A stretch of DNA of 64,000 bases from the human T2T-CHM13v2.0 reference genome, Homo sapiens: NCBI RefSeq assembly GCF_009914755.1, contig NC_060929.1. One strand, given 5' to 3'. Below the pieces are notes generated by a model. The model was given only the letters and a program-made list of their open reading frames with translations, made no database searches and was not told where the DNA came from. The translations under genes and the position numbers were made by a program. Position 1 is the stretch's first letter. Every line of letters starts with the position of its first letter. This document shows positions 32,345-47,169 of the stretch, in pieces.

Positions 32345-32820
32345 AGCAACAATGTAGAGCTCAGGAATGCTCACGCACTGATAGCGAGAATGTAAACTGG
32401 CATGCTTACTTTAAAAAACAATTAGTATCATCAAGTACAACTGAAGATTCCCATAGCTGTGATCACTGCTTCCAAACCTAGAAATATCCCCACCAGCACC
32501 AGGAGACCTAGATATGAGAATGTTCACTGCTACAATTGAAATATTAAGAAATTGTAAGCAACCCAAATATTCATCAACTGTAGAATTAATAAATAAAGCA
32601 TAATATATCCATAATAGCTGCTGTACAGCAATAAAAATGAATGAATTATAATTATATGCAACATAATGAATAAATTTCAGGGATGTAATAATTTTGAATG
32701 AGAAAAAGCAAGGTACAGAAAAAAGGCACAAGATTTTATTTATATGAAGCTCAAAAACATTTAAAACTAAACAATATGTTAGAAGTACACACATATGTTG
32801 TAAAACTACAAAGAAAACCT
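32345..32820 (+). mobile_element. Old L1M 3' fragment
   Basis: gagaatgtaaactgg and caacccaaatattcatcaactgtagaat. Confidence 0.65.
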
Positions 32821-33120
32821 TGAAAAACCATTTCTTTCATTAGTAACTTGCTCACATTTTGAGATGAATGTTTGATACCTGCATTCTGCAACACTTGAAA
32901 AAGTTAACTATATATAATATTAAATATTCCCCTGATTAAAAAATAGGTCTTATTTTCGCCTTAGAAAATTTTTTGTTATAAATATATTTTAAATTGACAT
33001 CTTTCTCTTTTTTGGATCTTAACAATCTGTAGTCATCACTGTCTAGCTGAGTATCTCCTGATAGAATCTTCCATGTTGGAAATAGGCAAACTATAATTGA
33101 AGCATTTCAAGAAAAGCAAA

Positions 33121-33410
33121 GTCCAGACCAGGTGGTTCACACCTGTAAATTCCAGAACTTTGGGAGGCCAAGGCAGGAGGATTGCTTGAGCCCAGGATTC
33201 TGAGACCAGCCTGGGTAACACAGCGAGACCCCATCTCTTCAAAACATAAAAAAGTAGCCTGGTATAGCGTCACACACCTGTAGTCCTAGCTACTCTGGAG
33301 GCTGAGGTGGGAGGAACACTTGAGCCCAGGAGGTCAAGGCTGCAGTGACCCATGCTCACACCACTACACTCCAGCCTGGGAAAGAGAGCAAGACCTAGTC
33401 TCAAAAAAAA
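33121..33410 (+). mobile_element. AluJ
   Basis: ggaggattgcttgagcccagg in both arms. Confidence 0.9.
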
Positions 33411-34558
33411 GGCAAATAAATAAGTATTACATACATTTTAAGTATATATATGTAAGTACATATAAGCTTCATATATTGTTATGATCTTTAGTTAGAAGTC
33501 TTAGATTTATCTACTTAGATGGTAACCTCTGCAGAGCATGACTTAAAAGTACAGATTTTGTATTTTAATCCCTTCAGCTATGGTCATAGAGTATATTACT
33601 TAATTACCTAGCTACTTAAGCAAATTTCCTTGGTCAAACCAACAATGTTGAAACATAAGGAAAAAGAAAACTGGTCATTTTATGTAAATCTACATAACTA
33701 TAAAAAAGAAAAGTATCATGTTCATTCAACAGTGCTAAAAATAAAAATGCTAAAGGATGCATCCCACCCTTTCTTTTAAACCCAACATTGCCAGCAAGTT
33801 GATGATGATACCTCTTCAGGAGGGAGCCCAGACATGACATAATTCACTATGTGTGAATTTATTTAAATTTTCCATGAAACCAAATTTATTTTCAGCCAAT
33901 ATGAACCAATCATCTTAGAGATTTCTCAATTACTTTGTACAAAAATAATTCTTACATGTGAAGGATTGAAGAATATGCCACTTCAAAATATGCCACTTTG
34001 ACATAAGAATTATTTTGAACTGAAGTCAATTAAAAAGAAACAGACACAAGAACAGCTCTCTGCCCTCCCCTTTCTACCAGGGAGGGCAGGATAATTCTTA
34101 TTTGTCCAAGACAACTCTAGATTTAGTCCAGCGATGGCACCAGAGGAAGCTACATAACACACCAATCCAACAAAATCATAATATAATAAAATCACTAATT
34201 ATTGAAAGCTACTAATCTAAGTATTTAATATATGGAATAGGCATCATTTAAAAAAATTTAAGTGATGTGTTTCCAGATGTTAAAAAATATACAGTACATA
34301 CAGTATGAAGTCTTTATACCACATCTACTGTATACATGCATGTGACAAAGGCTACTATATTTCAATATGAATTTCTGTATCTCATAGTGCTATTATAAAT
34401 ACTATTTTGTAGGTAAGAGTTTATGGTTATGAATAATAATAAAAGTAAGGCACATATTATCAACTCCTGAATAATGTCCTGCAGCTTTACCATGTCAAGT
34501 CAATATTTGTATTTCTAGAGCAGTAGTTCTCAAACTTTTTAGTCTTAAAAACACGTTT

Positions 34559-34909
<351 letters not shown>

Positions 34910-34989
34910 TTATGTGAGTTATATCTATTTATAATTATCTTATTAGAAACAAACACTGAGAAATATATGAAATATTTGTTAAATCATAT

Positions 34990-35527
34990 GATATGCAGCT
35001 TCTTAGATAGCCCAGTGATCCCTGCCTCCTGGTCTTCATGCCCTGGTGTAATCCACTTCCCTTGAGTGTGGCCTGGACTTATTAATTCCCTTGAATACAG
35101 CAGAAATGATGGAATGTTACTTCAGATATTAGGTTACAAAAAGGCTGTGGCTTCTGTCTTGCTCGCTCTTTCTCTCTCTGAATCCCCATCTCTCTCTAAG
35201 GAAAACCAGCTACCATGTTGAGAGCTGTCCTATGGAAAGATCCATGTGGCAAGGAACCAATGTCTCTGGCCAACAGCAATGAAGACCTGGGTCCTGTCAA
35301 TAGCCATATAGTGAGCTTAAAAACAGATCCTCACCCAGTGAAGCCTTAAGATGACTGTCACCCCACTGACACTTAATTATAGCTTTGTGAGAGACCCTGA
35401 GCCAGAGATACCCAACTAAGCTGCACCTGGACTCCTGACCCACAGAAACAATAAGATAATAAATATCAACTGTTTTAAGCTGCTAAATCTTGTGGTAATT
35501 TTTACATAGTAAAATAAAACTAATACA
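34990..35527 (+). mobile_element. MLT1-type LTR
   Basis: gatccctgcctcctggtcttcatgccc...tgttttaagctgctaaat...aactaataca. Confidence 0.75.
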
Positions 35528-35841
35528 ATTCATTTAAAACTAACAATAACATTTTCTATGAAAAATAACTATTTTCTAAAATAAAAAATGTAGTAAGCTG
35601 AGTGGTACTGTTTGCATTTTTGCAAATCTCTTCAATGTCTAGTACCATAGAAAACATTTGTTTTCTATATCTGCTTCTGAATTTAAGCTGTTGAAGTACA
35701 TTGTTTTGGGTGAAATACATAAAGAAAATCCTGCTTCACACAGATATGTAATTGTAAAAGAAAGGAGTATTGTAATAGTTTTTCCAGATAACAGTGGGCA
35801 TTACTCTTTGATCCTACAGCAGCACTCAACAAATGATGCCT

Positions 35842-36122
35842 TGGCACGGTGGCTCATGCCTCTAATCCCAGCACTTTGGGAGCTCGAGGCAAGAGGACTG
35901 CTTGGGGTCAGGAGTTCGAGACCACCCTGAGCAACATAGCAAGACCCAGTCTTTACAACAAATTAAAAGAATTAATCTGGTGTGCAGGTGGCTGAGATGG
36001 GAGCAGCACTGAGTCTAGGAGTCCAAAGTTGCAGTGAACTAAGAGCTAGGATTGCACCACTGCACTCCAAGCCAGGGGACAGAGCAAGACCCTGTCTCCA
36101 AGTGAAACAAAACAAAACAAAA
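35842..36122 (+). mobile_element. AluJ (internally deleted)
   Basis: Degenerate dimer. Confidence 0.85.
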
Positions 36123-36289
36123 CGGTAATTTCTTAAAGATTAGGTGCAACCTAAATACCATATCAGTGAACTTTTTATGTTCTGTTACATTAAAATTTAT
36201 AAATCTATCCTCCACTTTGGCTCCTTTACTAATGCATAATTTTATAACATCATGCATTGATTATTTGAATAATATTGGTTCTCTCAATA

Positions 36290-36894
36290 TCTTTGCATAG
36301 CAAATTACCCCAACTCAGCAACTTAAAACAATAAACTTTTGTTATCTCACAGTTTCTTTGGGTAAGGAATTTAAGAGTGGCTTAGCTAGGTGGTTCTGGC
36401 TTGAAATCATTCAAGAGGTTGCAGTCAAACTGTTGGCTGGGCTATGGTCTTCTTAGGACTCAACTGAGAGATGGTCCAATTCCAAGCTCACTCGTGTGCC
36501 TTTTGGCTGCTTCAGAAGATCTACTCCCAAGTTCACTCCCGTGGTTGCTGGGAACCCTCAGTTCCTTACCATGTGGCCTCTCCATAGACTGCTTCAGTAT
36601 GTCCTCAGCTGGCTTCCCTCTCTCAGGGCCACCTCACAACCTGGCGGATTGTCCCATGGTGAGCAGTTCAAAAGAAACAGGGGTGGCAAGGAGAGACACA
36701 CAGAGAGAGAGAGACAGAGAGAGAACAAGATAGTCTGCTCAAGATGGGAGCCACAGTCATTTTATAACTAATCTCAGTATGATAGCTCATCACTAGAGAC
36801 AATCAACTCCACAATCAAGGGGAGGGAAGGTAACCTCCGTCTCTTGTAGGGCGCTGTATTGAAGAATGTGTAGCCACAGCTACAAAACCACCAC
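36290..36894 (-). mobile_element. MLT1-type LTR
   Basis: caaattacccc...cttaaaacaataaac...tctcacagttt...aaaccaccaca. Confidence 0.7.
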
Positions 36895-37100
36895 AAATTG
36901 TCAAGCTCATCATTGTGGATGCAAGTTTTCCCGAGTTCTAATTTTTGCTTTAAAGCTCACATTTATCATTGGCAATAAACACTGTCAATTGTTTTCCTTG
37001 AAATGACAGACTCGCTTCTTTTACATTCGAGAAAATACCTGCCAAATACCCAGCTCCCTATAACCATAGCTGGGTGTTTTTGTCAGTCATTCTTTCAAGT

Positions 37101-37150
37101 GAAAATGACATTCCATGAAATGACATTCCATGAAAATGACATTCCATGAA
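37101..37150 (+). repeat. 15-16-bp unit x3
   Basis: gaaa(a)tgacattccat x3. Confidence 0.93.
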
Positions 37151-38429
37151 AAAAAAAAAAGCAGCTCACAGCTCAATTACACAAGTACATTTCCTTGAGG
37201 CAATCATGTGTTTCAGTAAGCAGCAGAAGTGCCTATGCCTACTACTTCATATTTAATTACATGGAATGTTAAAAATGATGTGTACCCTGGGGTCAATATT
37301 TAACATATGTACTCAAGCTTCTTAAGTAAAACTGATTTCTTCTTTTTTCTTTTGGTACATAATAGAGTGCTTGGGACTTTCATTTGGGAAAATCACTGTG
37401 GGAAGGAATAAATAAGGCATTGCTTCATGGAAAAAGGTGTGCACTGCGATCAGATGGGAATTACATTGAGATTGGCAGAGAGGAGGAAACGTGGGAGAGG
37501 AAAATAAGCAGACAGTGGGGCTGGAATGAAATGAGCATGTTATGGTCTAGACTAAAGAGAGGGAAGGCTAAGTTCACAGCAAGCTGTGGACTTGATGCAA
37601 GCATCTGTGAAGGGAGCCAGTCTGAAATTCTCACAGCAGGCTCCATCTGAAGGGGCAGTGTCAGGCAGACTCCTAGACGCTCAGGGACTAGATTGTTATC
37701 TGGCCAGAAATGCAGTAGAAGGTTCCCGGAAGGCTTCCAAGAGACAAATAACCTCGGGTTATTTGCCACTCCTAAGGGCACCAATGTCAGTCATAACCAT
37801 GCAGTTAAGTAAGAGCTTTTCCTATCTTACCTTTTCTCCTTCCCTCTTGCAGCTTTGAAGAGGCCAAAAGCAGAAACCGATGAGGGAGGAGAGCTGAGGA
37901 GAGGAAAAGCAGCTGACCAAAGTTCCCTCACTCTTCCACTGTAGACTTCCAAGCCTGGAGCAAAACTCAACGGGGAATGGGAAGAAGTTTTAAATGAAAT
38001 GAGATTAACATTTGGTTTATTACATCGAACTGGACTCAATTACAAAAATAAAAAGACTACTACTTATTACCTGAGAGCAACAACAAAATTATCATTATTT
38101 ATTTATTTATTACAGCAAACTCAACTCAATTACTAAAAAAAAGACTATTCATTTACTACCTGAATGCAACAACATAACTATAAAATCTCCCTGAGATTTG
38201 AAAGGGGTGGGAGTGGAGCACTATGAGCTGGAACAAATGGAAGGCGCAGGCTTGAAGGTCAGTGGGAGCTTTCAGCATGCACCCTGCTCAGTTCAACTCA
38301 TTTAATAAAGTGCTTTCAATGCTGCGATTCATTGAGCTTCTATTTTTGCCAGGTTGAGGTTCTGCTGGGTATATTTTAATGAAGTAACAAAATGTATTTA
38401 TATTTAGGAGAATGGTGTTTCATAATGAT

Positions 38430-38640
38430 TGTAACCAGGCTAACCTGAGTTCATATCCTGGCTCTGCTACTTAAATAATGTGGCACATTTGTAAATCTCT
38501 TGGACCGTCGGTTTTCTCATCTATAAAATGGGGATAAATCATGCCTACTTTACAGGGCTATCATAAAGAGTAAATGAGATAATATATGTACAGTAAGTAT
38601 CACAGTGCCTGGTATACAATCAGCACTCCATAGGTAGCAT
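38430..38640 (+). mobile_element. MIR
   Basis: ttttctcatctataaaatgggga...taaatgagataatatatgta...cacagtgcctgg. Confidence 0.8.
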
Positions 38641-39540
38641 CAAGAATTATGATCATGCTCTTAGTGTGGTGACCTGGCCAATGGGAAACATTTACCAGGA
38701 ACTAGTGCACAAAATAGACTGAAGAGGAATCAAGACTAAGAACAGGGAGAAAAATGAGAAACATTTAGCAATATCAACAAAAAATGCTAACACAGTAGCC
38801 ATAGAAATGAAATAGAAGGGACAAATATAAAGGATATTTGAGAGGAAAATGGACATAAGAGATAACTGCTTAGACATATATGGTAAATAAAAGTGAAGGA
38901 AGAGTCCAAGGCAGCTTACATTTTAAAGGCTTAGTTGGATTGGAAAATAGTAGAAATGGGAGAAATACGGAAATTGCCAGAGTGAGCAAGTTTGGTGGGT
39001 GAGCATAGTGGGAAGAAATACTGGTTTTGTTTTGCTATATTTTGAATTTAGAAGACTCTGAGAGTTTCAAGTACAAATATCTTATAGTTATTTGAAAAGT
39101 TATTCATTCATTCATCTAATATTTCTTGAAAGCCTACTTTGTGTCAGACACCATGCAAAGATCTAGCAAGAGCAATCTAGTAACGAGTTGGAGTTTGAAT
39201 GGGACATCTGGGCCAGACAGAAAGATCTGGGGACTCCAACATAGAGCTAGCCCCTGAAACCATGGATATTAATTAGTTTTCTATGAAGAGCGTCAAGAAG
39301 AAAAAACTTATGAAAATATTAACAGGGAGTCATGAGGAATGATCAAAGGGGTGAAAGCTAAAGCAGTGTCTCATGTTGTAATTATTTTTATATTAAATTC
39401 TAACCACCTATAGTTTATAATATTTAATCATGTCAATAAAGCAATTTCATAGTAGCTATCTATATTTTAAAATTTTTATTTTAGATAGTAGTGGGTGCCC
39501 ATTTGCCCTTCATGCAGTTTCCCCCAATAACTACATTTAA

Positions 39541-39968
<428 letters not shown>

Positions 39969-41832
39969 CCCAATAACTACATCTTATATAACTATAGTAC
40001 AATATCAAAACCAGGAACTTGACATTGCTATAAACCACTGACTTGATTCGGATTTCACCAGTTTTACATGTACTAGTGTGTGGTATGAGTGTAGTTCTAA
40101 GCCATGTTATCACATATATGGATTCATATAATTTTCATCTTTATTTCTTAAAATATTTTCCTTTTTATCACTTCAGTTACTTAGATGAGGTGAAGAATCC
40201 ACACCACAAGAATTTGAAAAAACAAATTTTGTAGTTTACTGATACTCCCTAATGTTCAAACATTATAGCAAAGGCCACAAAGATTTTTAAAATAGTTAAT
40301 TAACAAGTAACACATATGTATTTTACAGTACTTTATCTGTAAAATGTGAGTTATCATTTCTGAAGTCCCTTATAACTCTGAAATTCTACAATTCTAGAAT
40401 TCTAATTCCTAGGTCACTTAACCTCTTGATATAAAGCAGAAAATTGTGGCAACTGCAATAATTCTTTGGAAGCAGGCTCAGTCTCTTACCTTATCAGGAC
40501 AGTGCCCAGTGGGACACAATTAATCACTGTCTTATTGTAGTAAAAACACTGCTAGCTTGGGAGATTTAACCAGGTTCCCACAGGAATCTGCTTCTCCAAG
40601 AGGACTTTGTAAACCTTTGGTAAGGAGAAAATAAACTAATCAATAGTTGCTCTAACAAAAAATCTACCATTTTTTGTAATAAAAATATTTTTATCATATT
40701 GTTTTAATAATATTTTAACTAAAACATCTATACTGGTAGCATACAGTATATTAGTATTGAGCTTCATTCCCACTCACTTAAATCCAAATCTGTAGTATTC
40801 TGATCTTGGCTAGACAAAGAGAAAGCATCCTCAGTTTAGGAAGAAAATAATATTAAGCTAGTTGTCAAGAAAATCATTTATATACTAGATCCCCCCAACA
40901 GGTCTATAATTTATTTCATGAAAATAGTGAAAGCTTTTGTGCTTAGACAAAATGTTAGAAAATCCCTATAAGTAAGATCAGTGTCAGAACAAATATTTGC
41001 ATGCTGAGAAAACACCACTTTGTGAAAGTTGCCATGAGATGTAGACTTTGTACAACAGTTACATTTGAGAGCTTGACAGACTTCATATGTTTTACAGATT
41101 GATGGCAATACACAGCAATCATAAAGCTACATTTCTAATTCAGTAATGTTCTAGAAAAAAACAGTAACAACAATAGCGGATTACATAATTTGATGATATT
41201 CTTTTACTGAACAAAAGTTAATGGAGTATATTTAAATCCTTAAAGGATTGTTCAGTAGCCTTTTCCATTTTAAACTGTACTAGTACTTCCATTTCATGAT
41301 ACCAAAATTCTCTCAAGAGGAAACTTAAGAGCACATAGTACTTGCTTTCAGTCAACAGAGTCAGTAGGGGAAGAAACCAAAAAGCCTTCTCACTAAGAGG
41401 AGTAAAACATGACACCATAAAGCCCAGGTGTTAAAAAAAAATTATGGCAAAACCAAAACACACACACACACACACAATTTTTCATGTTATCTTCAAATTT
41501 TTGGTAGAGAACCACAGCACATCCTGGGGCTCAAAAAGTAGTTTGTCCTCATATTTAAAAATACGTATCTGATTTGGAAATATCCATCAAGGGATAGAAT
41601 TCACATAGAGACCATTTGCAGAGCACTTCCAGGCACAACTCTGGGAGAGAGGCCTGAGTGTCCCCAGTTTACAGAAGCTCAGAGGCATCAAGCGACTTTA
41701 CTCTACCACTCAGCTGCCCAGGGGCAGAAATAAAATAAGAACCAATTTGTCTAACTCAAAAATTTGCTGCTCTTAGATATATTCTACATTACCATCTAAG
41801 AGTCATTCCTGTATCTTTATTTAAATAGTCAG

Positions 41833-42140
41833 AGGCCAGGCACAGTGGCTCACACCTGTAATCCCAGCACTTTCAGAGGCCAATGCAGGACCACCACTAG
41901 AGACCAGAAGTTCCAGACAAGCCTGGGCAACATAGCAATACCCCATCCCTACAAAAAAAAAGTTTTATAAATCAACTGGGCATGGTGGCACACACCTATA
42001 GTCCTAGTTACTCTGGAAGTTTAGGAAGGAGGTTTGCTTGAGCCCATGAGTTTGAAGCTGCACTGAGCAATGATTGCACCACTACATTGCAGCCTGGGTG
42101 ATAGAGCAAGACTCTGCTTCAAAAAAACAAAAATAAAAAA
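41833..42140 (+). mobile_element. AluJ
   Basis: Degenerate dimer. Confidence 0.88.
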
Positions 42141-42591
42141 GAAAGAGAGCAAAAACTCTACTGCGGAACATGCAGCACTTCACTCCTATAGTTTGCATTG
42201 ACTTCATTTATTTCTTTAAAATTTCCTATAAAGTACCATTTGCATTAAATCTGAAGTATTTTTCATTTGACTAAGTCTAACTATATGTTTGAGTATTATT
42301 TTCTGTTCTTTTGGTAAAGGAAAGTTTAAGTATAAGCAGGGGAAAACAGTATTTGGAACATATTTAGCAAAGGGCTAAAATCCTCACTTCATATGGAATT
42401 TATAAATGAGTACAAAAACATTTGAAATTAGGGAAAATGGCAAAGAACTTATACAGATGATCACAAAGTATTTCTCTGTTTCTTTAACAGATACTTTCTG
42501 AATGTCTACCATGCTGTGCTATGTATTAGGGATAGAATGAAAAAGTATTTATTGACTCCATGCTACATTGTTTAAAAAATGGTTTATTTAG

Positions 42592-42896
42592 GGCCAGGCA
42601 CAGTGGTTTATGCCTGTAATCCCAGCACTTTTGGAGGCCGAGACAGGTGGATCCCTTGAGGTCATGAGTTCGAGACCAGCCTGGCCAAAATGGTGAAACC
42701 TTGTCTACACTAAAAATACAGAAATTAGCTGGGCCTGGTGCCACACGCCAGTAGTCGCAGCTACTTGGGAGGCTGAGGCAGGAAAATTGCTTTAACCTGG
42801 GAGGTGGAGGCTGCAGTGGGCCGAGATTGCACCACTGCATTCCAGCCTGGGCAATCAGAGTGAGAGCCCATCTCAAAAAAAAGTAAAAAAAAAAAA
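42592..42896 (+). mobile_element. AluS
   Basis: Full dimer with A-tail. Confidence 0.93.
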
Positions 42897-43900
42897 TTCA
42901 TTTTTCAAAAATATCTGGAAGGATATATATCATATATTCATAAAAATATATGGAAATGTACATATCAAGTGATTATCAATGGGTGGTTGGATTATTTATT
43001 TGAAACAAAATAGTAAACATGTATTTCTTTTGTAATAAAATAGTTTCATAAAAATTAAAAACCTATAGGCATTAAATCACTCAATTATTCACATATTGTT
43101 CAGAGTTTTGGGTAATAAAAATATATTTCTTTTTTCTTACACATGGAAGATAGACTCCAATAGAAATGGACTTTTTCATTTTATACCACAATCATCCCCT
43201 TCCTGTATTCTACATTCAAGACCCAACAGACACACAAACACTGACAAACGTGCATGCAGATACACAAATAGAAGACTGTCTCCCTCACAGTGCATATACA
43301 CACATACACACACACACACACAAACACACAGTCTCACTTTGATGTAAGTGAAAAAAGAGTCTGGCAGAGATCTGATGGTTTTGACCTTGGAAATAGTTTT
43401 CATTATTCTCTACATTTCTCTAGATTTTTCTTTCATTTGCAACCCCTGAATGCAATATTTTTCATGTTTGTGTATTACAAAATGTATAAATTCTTTCATT
43501 GGAAAAATAGCTCTCTGTCTGACCCCTCTGTTTGTTTTTGTTCCTAAATAATCTATTCTATTAGCTCTGGGTATTAGACAGTCTAAGGACACGTGGCAGA
43601 CACATGACTGTAGCAGCTGCTAGTCTAAGGAGATGGCAAATCTTTCTGTGGAATCAAAACAGATTAATATGAAATAGTTGATAGGAGGTAGTAATTTTTT
43701 CCACTTAACTTTTATAATTATTTTATTTAGACTCATGTATAGAATGTTACATGTCAATCTATAAAAATAGTTTTAAATAAAATATAGGTCTCCTTTAAAT
43801 GATTAATAAAATAAAGTATCAATTAAAGAGTTAAAACCAGCCCCATAATATGTTCCTTATAAATATATTGCCTTAAAAATAAATAAATAAATAAATATAT

Positions 43901-44624
<724 letters not shown>

Positions 44625-45294
44625 ATATATAATTAAGTATTTCATTCATGAAATTCAATAATTCCATGTTACTAGCATGTCAATGACCATTTAAAAATAT
44701 ATTAATGGTTTAATCACAACAAAAAGTTCTCTGATTTTCAACTTTTTCAGTTTTATGTACAGAACTAAGTGATTAAAATTTTTCTTTAAAAATTCAGTAA
44801 AGGTCAGCTGGTAATAATGTGTATGAAGTACACTCCTCTAATATAACTTTATAAAAAGAAAATGAATTGAGTATTTGTGGGGAGCTTGCTTTAAACCCAA
44901 CTCTATAATGATTATAAACTAGATTAAATTTTACTGTAATGTAATAGTTACCCAGTTTTTTACTTCAATATGAAAAGCCTTTTCATTTTCAATGATTATT
45001 TTACAGCTAATAACTGTCAAGAAACACACAAACATTAACTGACATCTCAACAAAAGAGTTGGTCAAAATCTATCTCAACAGAATTATATCTCTAGTGTTT
45101 TTCCATGGGTTTTTATTACTCAGAAACCTTCCCAGATTTTCTTTTTTGATATTCCAAAAGGATTTAGCTATCTCCTTACTTTTCTGTTTCTGTAAGGAAA
45201 GTAAGGGATGCTGGGAGGAGAAAGGGAGAAAAGACAAAATGTTACCTATAATGTTTTGGGGTTCAACAATTCCTAAAACACATCCATGGACCTC

Positions 45295-46143
45295 CTCCCA
45301 CTCCCAGCAAAAACAAAAACCCATGTCCCAGACCTTTTTTTAGACTGGTTTGTAACAGATCCTTTAATGGCCCACTTGAGTCCATCAAGCTATGAAGTCT
45401 TCCTGAATAAGGAGTGGATTCACTTACTTCCTAGAGGAACTGCCCAGTTCATATGGTTTGGATTTGTGTCCCCACCCAAATCTCATGTCGAATTGTAATT
45501 CCCAGTGTTGGAGGAGGGGCCCGGTGGGAGGTGATTGGATCATGGCGGCGGATTTCCCCCTTGCTGATCTTGTGATAGTGAGTGAGTTCTCAGGAGATCT
45601 GGTTGGTTAAAAGTGTGTAGCACCTCCCCCTTCCCTCCCTTCCTCCTGCTCCAGCCACAAATGGGTGGAGTCGTGCCTGCTTCCTTTTCACCTTCTGCCA
45701 TGATTGGAAATTTCCTGAGGCCTCCCCAGAAGCAGAATCCTGTACAGCCTGCAGAATTGTGAGCCAATTAAATCTCTTTTCTTTATAAATTACCTAGTCG
45801 CAGGTATGTCTTTATAGTGTGTGAGAAGAGACTAACACACCAGTAGATAATCTAAGGTAGATCTCCTTTACATCAGACAGGTAAATTAAGTTGTTTCTCT
45901 CCCTTCTCATTCCTTTCATCATTTAAGTAAATTCTTAAATTATAATTTTTTTCTTCAGTAACTAGAAAAGAGGAGAATTTCTCCCCTTCTCAGTCTTATC
46001 TAAACAGAAACTCTGAATACATTATCTAATCCTTCAACAATATTTATTGTTTTATATGCACACAAATGCCACATTTGCATATATATATAATTTTGTATGC
46101 AAAGTATACCTTTATTAATATTTGTTTAATATTTTGACTTTAA
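45295..46143 (+). repeat. Local direct duplication, copy 1 (donor)
   Basis: Aligns base-by-base to 52366-53221 at offset 7071. The ORF track shows near-identical ORFs at 45540..45767 and 52611..52838. Confidence 0.97.
45449..45839 (+). mobile_element. MST-type MaLR solo LTR (within duplication copy 1)
   Basis: atatggtttggatttgtgtccccacccaaatctcatg...gactaacaca, with 5-bp TSD CCAGT. Confidence 0.85.
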
Positions 46144-46575
46144 TATTAAAGAGACAATAAGATCCCTGCTATCAGAAACAAGTCTTCTCAAGTTACTTGT
46201 ATAACATAACAGGGCAATGTAGAGTTTGATTTTGTCATTTTGACCCTACTGTTTTTGGCCCTGAGGGTATTTTGATAGAAAAGCATTTTTTAGTAAAAAT
46301 ATGTAAATCAGAAACTAACATTAGTGAATCTTAGAATTCTTAAGTCAGCTAAATTATCATTCAAGAATAAAAGTGAAATGAAAGCTTATTTTCAGACAGA
46401 AATCAGAAGAATTTACCATGAATAAGCCCTAGCTGTGAAAGAACTACTAAAGGAGGAATATTAGGAACAAGGAAATCTTGGAGGAAGAATGAATGTGAGA
46501 AAGAATGATAAGAAAAGAGAGTGATTAACACATGGATTAGTTCAAACAGACATGGACCTTTAGAACAAGAATAAT

Positions 46576-47125
46576 TGTTGTACCCGAGCGAGTTAGAAAA
46601 ATGCCACACTGAGACGAATTAAGAGTCCTTTATTAGCCGGCGACCGAGAGATGGCTAATGCTCAAAATTCTCTCGGCCCCGAGGAAGGGGCTTGATTAAC
46701 TTTTATACCTTGGTTTAGGAAGGCGGGGGGCCTAGTTAAAACAATTTTACAGAAGTAAAGTAGTCAAAAAGTTAAAAGGATAAATGGTTACAGGAACGTA
46801 AACCGTTCCAGGTGCAGGGGCTTTAAGACTATTACAAGGTGATAGACCCGGGGCTTTGGGCGTTATCAATCAGATGAATTCCTGGGAACTGCTGATATAG
46901 CTTGCCACAGTATCTTATCAGTTAATTGCATTCTTGGACGTGCTGGGAGTCAGCTTGCACAAGTTAAGTCCTTGAGGAGGGAGCTGCCAGTGAAAGAGCC
47001 AAGATGGAGTCTGTCTGGCTCTCTTAGCTAAGGGAGAGTCAATTCAGGTGGAAAGAAGGCTAGGTGATTAAAGGAAAAGGGAGAGTCTAAAAACAGAGTT
47101 AGTAAAAACCAGGTTGGGCATTACA
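46576..47125 (-). mobile_element. 3' LTR of the provirus (LTR6B-like, ~550 bp)
   Basis: Minus strand reads TGTAATGCCC...GGTACAACA and is preceded by the PPT AAGTGGGGAA. TATAAAAG at 46707-46700 and AATAAA at 46634-46629. Confidence 0.88.
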
Positions 47126-47169
47126 TTCCCCACTTGTGTTTTTGGGGAATCAAATCGTTGATTCCTCAG

